IMG/VR virus record: IMGVR_UViG_3300008110_001074
Coordinates: 1-26,575 of that record
Length of the DNA: 26,575 nucleotides
Source of the DNA: a virus
Lineage: Duplodnaviria > Caudoviricetes
Reading direction: 5' to 3' (one strand)
Shown: positions 11,101 to 18,605 of the stretch, piece by piece
Layout: each line of letters opens with the position of its first letter
Position numbering within the stretch: the stretch's first letter is position 1
Notes under the pieces: model-generated
The model's database searches: none
What the model saw: only the letters and a program-made list of their open reading frames with translations
What the model was told of the DNA's origin: nothing
Position numbers and translations under genes: made by a program

Positions 11101-11364
11101 ATGCCACGTCCAGTAAGAGAAGAACTCACCGAAGCTCAACAGGCAGCAAAGCATCTTGAGGCAATGGGTCACAGCGTAGATCTCATTCTTCGCCTTGTTG
11201 CAGAAGATGTTCATTCGGATGAAATTCACGCAACAATTAAGAGAAATACCGACCATCTTGCTCTGATGCTTGGAAAAGGAATTATTACAAATTCAGGAGC
11301 AGATTTGACTAGTTTTCAAGAAGCAGTATCTGATGGTGAAGCATTTATTGCACAACCTGTATAA
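11101..11364 (+). CDS. Small helical hypothetical protein, possible fibre-associated chaperone/cap
   Basis: 87 aa, strong SD, amphipathic helical pattern (SVDLI...RNTDHLALML...DLT). Confidence 0.75.
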   Translation: MPRPVREELTEAQQAAKHLEAMGHSVDLILRLVAEDVHSDEIHATIKRNTDHLALMLGKGIITNSGADLTSFQEAVSDGEAFIAQPV

Positions 11365-11369
11365 TATAA

Positions 11370-11777
11370 ATGAAAAGTATAAATTCTAAACCAATCAAAA
11401 TTAAAATAGAAACAATGCTAGATAGACTTTCTAGAGTTAATGTTGAAACTCTTAGTCCAGAAGAACTTACAAGATATGAAAATTTAGTTAATGATTTGCA
11501 GATTAAATTGCAAGATGTTAATATTATTGATGGTGTAGAATCTGAAATTAGAAAAACTACGATAGCAACTAAAAAAATTGAAACTGCAAATGATACTGCT
11601 AATGAAATTGTTCAATTAATTTCTTCTAGTGATCCAAATACTAACCAAAAAATAACTAAAGGAGTTAGATATATAGAACACGTTCTTGCCGATAGCACAG
11701 TTCTTGAATTAAATCAAGATTTATCTAACTTATCTCAGGTTGTTTCCGACGCAAATCAATACCTTTCAACACTTTAA
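11370..11777 (+). CDS. Helical hypothetical protein whose C-terminal half is paralogous to the 87-aa protein
   Basis: 135 aa. DLSNLSQVVSDANQYL aligns with DLTSFQEAVSDGEAFI of the upstream protein. Confidence 0.7.
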   Translation: MKSINSKPIKIKIETMLDRLSRVNVETLSPEELTRYENLVNDLQIKLQDVNIIDGVESEIRKTTIATKKIETANDTANEIVQLISSSDPNTNQKITKGVRYIEHVLADSTVLELNQDLSNLSQVVSDANQYLSTL

Positions 11778-11795
11778 TATTAAAAACTTTACATT

Positions 11796-12701
11796 ATGAA
11801 AGAATCTTATAGTATTTTCCACGTTCAAGGTGGTCTTGGAAAGCACATTGCCGCCACTGCAGTTGCAAAGTGTATTAAGAACAATTATCCTGATAGAAAA
11901 CTCATCGTAGTTTGCGTCTATCAGGATGTTTTTATTAACTTACCATTTGTCGATAGAGTTTATCAACTGGGAAATACTAGTTATTTCTACCAAAATTATG
12001 TGGAAAATAAGGACTCTCTTATTTTTCATAATGAACCTTATTTCACAACCGATCATATTCATAAGAAACTTCCACTGATTCAAACTTGGTGCAAGATGTA
12101 CCAACTTGAATATAAGGGAGAAACTCCTGAAGTCATTTTCAATGCTCTGCAAAGAAAAATTTCTAAGGATGTATGGGTCAAAAATAACAAACCAGTAATG
12201 GTTATTCACACAAATGGTGGATTGATTTCACCAGATGCAAAACCTTATATGTGGGCACGAGATATGCCCTTTGATATTGCTCAACAGATTGTAGATAAGT
12301 ATCACAAAAAATATACAATTTATCAGGCAACCAAAAAGAATTCTGAGAAATTAGTCAATGCAATTCCAGTTCAATGGGATGAAACAACTCAATTATCCAC
12401 AATGGAATACCTGAGTCTGATTATTCACAGCAAGAAGAGAATTCTAATTGACAGCTGCCTACAACACGCTGCAGCAGCACTAGAACTTCCTTCAGTGGTA
12501 CTATGGAATGGAACAAGTCCAAAGGTCTTTGGGTACGATATTCACAATAATATTGAAACTGAAAAACCTCATAATTTTAAACTTCCCGGAAGTTATTTGT
12601 TTGATTTTGATTTTATGGGAGCAGAACACGAATACCCATTCAATGAAAGAGAAGACATCTTTGATATTGACCAAATTATAGAGGCAATTGAAAATCAATG
12701 A
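11796..12701 (+). CDS. GT-B fold glycosyltransferase, family 9 (heptosyltransferase)-like
   Basis: N-terminal HVQGGLGKHIAATAVAKCIKNNYPD...NLPFVDRVY and C-terminal ILIDSCLQHAAAALELPSVVLWNGTSPKVFGY, matching the GT9 DSGxxHxAAAxxxPxVxLxGxTxP motif. Confidence 0.8.
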   Translation: MKESYSIFHVQGGLGKHIAATAVAKCIKNNYPDRKLIVVCVYQDVFINLPFVDRVYQLGNTSYFYQNYVENKDSLIFHNEPYFTTDHIHKKLPLIQTWCKMYQLEYKGETPEVIFNALQRKISKDVWVKNNKPVMVIHTNGGLISPDAKPYMWARDMPFDIAQQIVDKYHKKYTIYQATKKNSEKLVNAIPVQWDETTQLSTMEYLSLIIHSKKRILIDSCLQHAAAALELPSVVLWNGTSPKVFGYDIHNNIETEKPHNFKLPGSYLFDFDFMGAEHEYPFNEREDIFDIDQIIEAIENQ

Positions 12702-12703
12702 AC

Positions 12704-12728
12704 AAAACCTGCTTCGGCAGGTTTTTTT
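12704..12728 (+). terminator. Rho-independent terminator with C(UUCG)G tetraloop
   Basis: AAAACCTGC-TTCG-GCAGGTTTT followed by a T-tract, directly after the GT stop codon. This is the classic T4-type terminator. Confidence 0.92.
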
Positions 12729-12735
12729 ATAAATA
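12728..12735 (+). promoter_or_regulatory. T4-like late promoter TATAAATA
   Basis: Perfect consensus overlapping the terminator T-tract, followed by an AGGGGA SD-like element and a TTG start at 12765. Confidence 0.85.
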
Positions 12736-12816
12736 CCTGAAAGCTAGTAGGGGATATTGGAACCTTGGCTAATCAGAATTTTAGAGTTAAGAACGGATTA
12801 GAAGTCGGAAATATGA

Positions 12817-14733
12817 GGCGGTGGAACCTCTGATTTTGTAAGAACTAGTTCTGGCATTCATACACTTGGTAATGTTGGCGTCGGAACCACATCTGTTACT
12901 TCAGTATTAAATATTTCATCCCCTGCAATTGGGGATACTTCAAATTATGTTGTAACTTATGGAAGTTTTGATCATTATGCCTGGGGTGGAATTGGAACTT
13001 TCTCAGCAAAGCATTTTGATTTTACAACAGATGGAAATAATAATACTTATGTTGTAGGAGGTCTTTATAGTGATTATGAGGACTATAACCAAAACCCACT
13101 CTATCCATATAGACCTTTTATAGTTAAAATAAATTCATCTCGCCAATTAGTATGGGACGTTTCTCTATCTTCTACAACACCTGATTATAATAAGTCTTCT
13201 GAAGTTTGTGGTATTTGTAGTGCTACAAATGGTGATGTTATAGTGGCTATGAAGTCCTATAGATATACAAATCCAGTATATTCTGAAGAAGGATTAAGTC
13301 AGTTATCATTTGTCAAAATTAATACTTCCGGAACAATACAGTGGCAAACAACAATTAATAATATTCAATTAAATGCTAATGAACTTAGAACCCCAACATA
13401 TGATGTAGCGAATAGAAAAATATTCTTAAACACAGATTCAAGTGGTAATATATATGCTTCAGGTAAATCTGCGGCCGCTCCATTTATCATTAAATTAGAT
13501 TCTTCTGGAAGTGTATCATTTAGTAAAATATTATATAATACAAATGGACCAAAACAATTTGTACTAAAGAATGGCAGCCTATATTGGTTTGGGCAAGTCA
13601 CTAGTTCTGGAACAAAACTAAGAATTGTTAAATTTGATTTGAATGGTGATATTGTTTGGGATAGGTGGTTTAATACTAGAACTGCTTTTGGATATAATAG
13701 CGACAGCCTAGGTTATACCAAATTTAATATTGATGACAGTGAAAACATTTATTTCTTCACAAGAACTCTAGATTGGGACTCTTTTGCACCATTCCCAAAT
13801 CCGAGTTATGATGGATATGGAATAGGGTATCTGGTTGAAAAATATAATTCTAACCTCGAATTTCAGTGGTCCAAAAAAATTAATGCCACTGTTACTGGTG
13901 GCGACGGCACCAGCGAAATTTTTTATGGAATACCCGGTGCTATTGAAATTGATTCAAATCAAAATGTGTATGTAATTGCGCCCAATAATAATGAAAGATC
14001 CAGACATCCTTTTGGTTATGATATCTTTAAGTTAGATTCTTCTGGATCATATGTTTGGAAGAGATTCTTAAGTACTCCAGGATTATCTTATGAGACTGAT
14101 AATAATAACAATGAAACTGATTCAGTATTAATTTCAAAAATAGAAATTAAAGGAAATTATTTAAAATTTGTTGGAGACGTTAGAACTCCCAATGTATCCA
14201 AAGATATTCTTGGTGGGGATAGTAATTTCAATAGAGAAACTAATCCACAAACAGACTGGATTGAAAAATATAATAGTGACACTATATCGACTTTAGTTGC
14301 TAATTTAAATATAAATGGTGATAACATAGGATTATATGGGTCTTATTCTGTTGAAGATTTAGAAATAACAAGACTTCATGAGTATGCAAATTTCACTACT
14401 CGTGATAGATCTTCATTAGTTGTTCTTGATGTTGTAAATTCTAGTGGTGTATCTACTAATTTCTATCCTCTAGTTAGTAATGTTGGTATAGGAACAACCG
14501 TTGGTGTTTCTACATTTACTACCGGTTCAATTGGACTTAGTACTACAACGTTAAAGGATATAAATGGGGGGTCAACATTTGCACAATATGAAAATTATCC
14601 TCACCTAAAATCAGATACTAGAAAATTATTTGATCTTACTATTTCAGGAACAACTAAATTATCAAAATTAATAGTTAGAGATATTGAATTCTTCTGGTCG
14701 GGGTGCAGAAACAGATTATGGTGCGTGTTATAA
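12817..14733 (+). CDS. Middle segment of the split fibre: beta-propeller (SBBP-like repeats)
   Basis: The frame is open from 12817 (the ORF track starts it at GTG 13243). Repeats: TDGNNNTYVVGG, TDSSGNIYASG, IDDSENIYF, IDSNQNVYV, KFDLNGDIVW, KYNSNLEFQW, KLDSSGSYVW. Confidence 0.75.
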   Translation, partial: GGGTSDFVRTSSGIHTLGNVGVGTTSVTSVLNISSPAIGDTSNYVVTYGSFDHYAWGGIGTFSAKHFDFTTDGNNNTYVVGGLYSDYEDYNQNPLYPYRPFIVKINSSRQLVWDVSLSSTTPDYNKSSEVCGICSATNGDVIVAMKSYRYTNPVYSEEGLSQLSFVKINTSGTIQWQTTINNIQLNANELRTPTYDVANRKIFLNTDSSGNIYASGKSAAAPFIIKLDSSGSVSFSKILYNTNGPKQFVLKNGSLYWFGQVTSSGTKLRIVKFDLNGDIVWDRWFNTRTAFGYNSDSLGYTKFNIDDSENIYFFTRTLDWDSFAPFPNPSYDGYGIGYLVEKYNSNLEFQWSKKINATVTGGDGTSEIFYGIPGAIEIDSNQNVYVIAPNNNERSRHPFGYDIFKLDSSGSYVWKRFLSTPGLSYETDNNNNETDSVLISKIEIKGNYLKFVGDVRTPNVSKDILGGDSNFNRETNPQTDWIEKYNSDTISTLVANLNINGDNIGLYGSYSVEDLEITRLHEYANFTTRDRSSLVVLDVVNSSGVSTNFYPLVSNVGIGTTVGVSTFTTGSIGLSTTTLKDINGGSTFAQYENYPHLKSDTRKLFDLTISGTTKLSKLIVRDIEFFWSGCRNRLWCVL

Positions 14734-17700
14734 TACATTTATCGGAGCATATACAACACCTGGTCTTGAAAGCTATAATCCAATTAAATTCAATAATTTT
14801 ATAGGATACAGATCTGGCAATTATATGTCTCAATCGTGTTATAATAATTTTATAGGAGCATTTACCGGATATTATAGTGGTGGATGCTATAATAATTTCT
14901 TTGGAAATTGTGCAGGATCTTTTACTAGTGGATCATCTAGAAATGTTTTTATAGGATGTCGTGCAGGATCCTTTATGACGTTTTCCAATAATTCTGTTGC
15001 TATTGGAGCAGCGGCTGGTGGATGGGGCGGTGGATATGGTGCGTGGAGCAATATATTCATCGGATCCTATGCCGGAGCTAAAACTCCAGACAATATGTGT
15101 TATTATGGATATAATGACGGTAATATTTTTATCGGTGGTGGTGCAGGGTGTCGATCCGCAGGAAACTATAATATTTTCTTTGGTGCGTATGCCGGAGCTT
15201 ATAATGTAACCGGAGCTATTAATAATTTCATTGGATATCACGCTGGTGAATTCAATCAAACCGGAAATTATAACAATTTCTTTGGATGTTGCCCTGGACC
15301 AAATAATACTACAGGAAGTTATAATAATTTCTACGGAAATATTTCTGGATTCTGTAACACTACAGGATGTTACAATAATTTCTTTGGTAACCAGGCAGGA
15401 TACGGAAATACATCTGGATGTGGTAATAATTATTTTGGAGAACAATCTGGAGCGTGCAATACCACAGGATCCTATAACAATTTCTACGGAACTTCATCTG
15501 GATATTGTAACACGACTGGAACTCGTAATAATTACTTTGGTAGTTTTTCTGGAAATTCTACTGAAGCATCATTTAAGGTTATTATTGGATCTGCAAACAC
15601 TCTTCAAGATCGTTTTGATTCCCCAAGCCCAGATAAAGATAAGCAATTAGCAATTGGTGTAAGAACTGATGCTAATCCCGCAGAATACTGGTTAGTTGGT
15701 AATGAGAACTTTAACATCGGTATTGGAACCACAAATCCAACATCCAAACTTCAAGTAGGAGGAACTGTAACAGCAACAGCATTTGTCGGTGATGGTTCTG
15801 GACTCACTAATCTACCAATATCCTCAGATTTTGTAAGAACTTCTGCTGGTATTCATACTCTAGGTAATGTTGGTGTCGGAACCACCAATCCTATATCAAA
15901 ACTTACAATTGATGGAGTTCTATCATTCGCTAAAGAAAATACTGTTATTGATAGTGAAAATTTAAATATCATTGCTTCTACTGGAGTTCCTGCAGGATTT
16001 GCTGGAACTGATGTATCCGGTGGATTTGTTGGTGCTGGATATACTATTAGTGTTGGACTTTCAACATTCCCAACAGCTCCAGAATTTTTCTCAAGTTATC
16101 TGGTAAAAGGATTAAATGGAAACCTTAATGGTAAAGATGCTTCATTCAGTATTTCTAGATGGAATCCTGCTCCAAAGTTTGGGGGTATTCAATATGTTGT
16201 AGTTGATAACTATGGATATGATTTTGTAGTTGGTGAAGTTATTACAATTCCAGGAACTTCAATAGGAGGAACTAGTCCCGGCAACGATGTAAAAGTCTAC
16301 CTTAATGGAGTTGGTCCATCAAGATCACATAATATTGTTATTGGTAAGGATGCTGCTGTTGGTTTTGGATCAACAACATTTTATGGAAACTATAATACTG
16401 TAATTGGATTTGAAGCAGGCAAATGTTCCAATACTAGTATGGACTTTCCATTTGCTAATTGGTGGGATGGTGCGGGATCTAATGTAATAATTGGACCAAA
16501 ATCTGGATATTATAATCAATCATATAATAATGTTTTTATAGGAAATAAGGTAGGATATTCAAATACTACTGGATATGAAAATATATTCCTAGGATCTTGT
16601 GCTGGATATTATAATTCAACTGGTTATGGAAATAATTTTATTGGTATAAATGTCGGATATAATAACACTACCGGTTATTATAATAACTTCTTTGGTTATG
16701 GATATTCTTCTGGAAATACCACTGGAAGTTATAATAACTTCTTTGGTTATTCTGCCGGTCAATGTAATACGACTGGAAGTTATAACAACTTCTTTGGTTA
16801 TTATACGGGATGTTCCAACACCACTGGAGAGTGCAATAACTTCTTTGGGTATCAAACAGGATATTATAATGAAACTGGATGCAATAACAACTTCTTTGGT
16901 CAGTATGCAGGATTATGCAATACCACAGGATCCTACAATAATTTCTACGGAACTTCATCTGGATATTGTAACACGACTGGAACTCGTAATAATTACTTTG
17001 GTAGTTTTTCTGGACTTTCTACCGCAGCATCATTTAAGGTTATTATTGGATCTGGATGCGTTCTTCAATATCCTTTTGATTCTCCAAATCCCAATAAAGA
17101 CCTTCAGTTTGCCGTTGGTGTAAGAAGTGATTCTTTCTCATCCAGGTATTGGATAACGGGTGATGAGAATATGAATCTGGTATTCTACAATTCAGTCATT
17201 TTTAATAATGATAATATAAAAATAGGATATTTTGCCGGATGTTGCGCTAATGGTGGCGGTAATAATGTTTTTATAGGGTATGGTGCAGGATATAATAATT
17301 CAGGAGCATCAGATAATAACTTTATAGGACAAGGTGCGGGGTATTATAACACAACAGGACAATTCAATAGCTTCTTTGGAGAGCGTTCTGGAAATTCCAA
17401 TACCATAGGATGTTGTAATAGTTTCTTTGGGAGAATGTCTGGATGCTGTAATACTACAGGATCTCGCAATAGTTTCTTCGGCACAAGATCTGGAAGTGAT
17501 AATCAAACTGGAAATTATAATTTATTTTTGGGTGCTTATAGTGGAATTTCAACGGCATCTTCTAACAAAGTAATTATTGGAGTTGGTACTGTAATTAGTA
17601 GTACTAGATACCTATTTGATTCACCAGACACCACCAAAAATACTCAATTAGCAATCGGTGCAAGAACTGATGCTAATCCAAGTAATTATTGGTTAGTAGG

Positions 17701-17878
17701 CGACGAAAACTTCAATGTTGGTATTGGAACCACCAATCCAACATCCAAACTAACCGTAGGTGGTGATGTTAAGGTTGGGATCAATACCTCACAAGGTGTC
17801 ATTCTCACTTCTCCAAACGGAACGGCATATCGTCTAGTCGTTGATGATTCTGGTAATCTTTCTACTACACTTGTATAA
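14684..17878 (+). CDS. C-terminal segment of the split fibre: YadA-like beta-roll adhesin
   Basis: Three stacks of 14-aa repeats including a canonical NSVAIG motif, neck modules, and a C-terminal GVILTSPNGTAYRLVVDDSGNL cap. No clear SD precedes the TTG. Confidence 0.8.
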   Translation: MNSSGRGAETDYGACYNTFIGAYTTPGLESYNPIKFNNFIGYRSGNYMSQSCYNNFIGAFTGYYSGGCYNNFFGNCAGSFTSGSSRNVFIGCRAGSFMTFSNNSVAIGAAAGGWGGGYGAWSNIFIGSYAGAKTPDNMCYYGYNDGNIFIGGGAGCRSAGNYNIFFGAYAGAYNVTGAINNFIGYHAGEFNQTGNYNNFFGCCPGPNNTTGSYNNFYGNISGFCNTTGCYNNFFGNQAGYGNTSGCGNNYFGEQSGACNTTGSYNNFYGTSSGYCNTTGTRNNYFGSFSGNSTEASFKVIIGSANTLQDRFDSPSPDKDKQLAIGVRTDANPAEYWLVGNENFNIGIGTTNPTSKLQVGGTVTATAFVGDGSGLTNLPISSDFVRTSAGIHTLGNVGVGTTNPISKLTIDGVLSFAKENTVIDSENLNIIASTGVPAGFAGTDVSGGFVGAGYTISVGLSTFPTAPEFFSSYLVKGLNGNLNGKDASFSISRWNPAPKFGGIQYVVVDNYGYDFVVGEVITIPGTSIGGTSPGNDVKVYLNGVGPSRSHNIVIGKDAAVGFGSTTFYGNYNTVIGFEAGKCSNTSMDFPFANWWDGAGSNVIIGPKSGYYNQSYNNVFIGNKVGYSNTTGYENIFLGSCAGYYNSTGYGNNFIGINVGYNNTTGYYNNFFGYGYSSGNTTGSYNNFFGYSAGQCNTTGSYNNFFGYYTGCSNTTGECNNFFGYQTGYYNETGCNNNFFGQYAGLCNTTGSYNNFYGTSSGYCNTTGTRNNYFGSFSGLSTAASFKVIIGSGCVLQYPFDSPNPNKDLQFAVGVRSDSFSSRYWITGDENMNLVFYNSVIFNNDNIKIGYFAGCCANGGGNNVFIGYGAGYNNSGASDNNFIGQGAGYYNTTGQFNSFFGERSGNSNTIGCCNSFFGRMSGCCNTTGSRNSFFGTRSGSDNQTGNYNLFLGAYSGISTASSNKVIIGVGTVISSTRYLFDSPDTTKNTQLAIGARTDANPSNYWLVGDENFNVGIGTTNPTSKLTVGGDVKVGINTSQGVILTSPNGTAYRLVVDDSGNLSTTLV
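15455..17054 (+). repeat. 139-bp direct repeat (15455-15593 and 16916-17054)
   Basis: Manual alignment gives 133/139 identity with a 75-bp perfect core encoding NFYGTSSGYCNTTGTRNNYFGSFSG. Confidence 0.9.
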
Positions 17879-17883
17879 TTATT

Positions 17884-18603
17884 ATGGCAATTAATTTTCC
17901 AAATATACCAACACCAAATCAGGTATTTCAAGACCCAACCTCAGGTGTTACATACATCTGGGATGGATCTTCCTGGGTTGGAACAAACCCTGGTGGGGTT
18001 CTCTATGCAGAACAAGTATGGGCAGAAAACTTAACTGGTATTCATACAACTAGAAAAGTTGGAATCAATCGAACTAATCCACAATTTGAACTAGATGTAT
18101 CAGGAACAACAAGAATATCTGGACTAGTTACTTGCTCATCACTCCACGTTAATACAAATACTTTCATTTCGGGAATTACTACTATAAGTTCAACACTTGA
18201 TGCCAAAGAAGTCAGAATCAAATCAACAGGTGAAAAATTAACCAGAGTAAGTGGAAATCTAGTTAGATTAAATTATAATTCTGATGGTGGTAATATTGGA
18301 TACTGTACTGCACCCACCGGAGATATTACACTAGAAGTAACCGGAATTCCCACAGATTCTACATTCAATGAGCACTTAATTACTTTTTCAGTAGTGGTTG
18401 AACAAACAGGTATCGCAAGAACCTGTAATACAGTGAAATTAAACGGAGTAGTTGCCGACATTAAATGGCCAGATGGAATCCCTGGTATAGGGAATACCAA
18501 TTGTTATGACATCTTTAATTTTACTGGTATAAATGTAATAGGATCTGCAAGTTCTACTGCTAACTACCTTGTATTGGGACTTGTAAATGGTAACTTTAAA
18601 TAA
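17884..18603 (+). CDS. Short fibre/adaptor structural protein (MAINFP N-terminus)
   Basis: MAINFP..P..Q.F.DP.S..TY.WDG..W anchor, GIHT shaft motif, and a C-terminal beta domain (IKWPDG...YDIFNFT). Confidence 0.75.
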   Translation: MAINFPNIPTPNQVFQDPTSGVTYIWDGSSWVGTNPGGVLYAEQVWAENLTGIHTTRKVGINRTNPQFELDVSGTTRISGLVTCSSLHVNTNTFISGITTISSTLDAKEVRIKSTGEKLTRVSGNLVRLNYNSDGGNIGYCTAPTGDITLEVTGIPTDSTFNEHLITFSVVVEQTGIARTCNTVKLNGVVADIKWPDGIPGIGNTNCYDIFNFTGINVIGSASSTANYLVLGLVNGNFK

Positions 18604-18605
18604 TT

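Larger units (their letters stand above)
12765..17878 (+). pseudogene. ~1700-aa fibre gene (beta-propeller plus YadA-like stacks) split by two +1 frameshifts; pseudogene, recoded gene or sequence error
   Basis: TTG GCT AAT CAG AAT TTT AGA GTT AAG (MANQNFRVKNGLEVG) stops at 12831-12833. The +1 frame continues [18 protein letters not shown] from 12817 to 14733, and a second +1 shift within 14675-14733 leads into the repeat ORF ending at 17878. Confidence 0.7.

Noticed and set aside
12814-12816. TGA readthrough or alternative genetic code explaining the split gene
   Set aside because: The frame upstream of this TGA contains a TAG and does not encode the NFRVKNGL leader, so a frameshift is needed. 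TGA acts as a normal stop at 12701 and 26443.
13243-13245. GTG at 13243 as a real start
   Set aside because: The frame is open from 12817 and encodes shaft motifs and propeller blades before this codon.
14997-17123. Alternative-frame plus-strand ORFs (14997, 15231, 16650; also 2523, 6824, 10212)
   Set aside because: They are out-of-frame by-products of the overlapped genes, most showing IIITSLV-type patterns generated by the repeats.
5194-17878. Diversity-generating retroelement, suggested by the Mtd_N-like domain and AAY-rich repeats
   Set aside because: No reverse transcriptase in the window and no recognisable C-type lectin C-terminus. Mismatches in the 139-bp repeat include three C/T changes rather than being adenine-only, and both copies are inside coding sequence.
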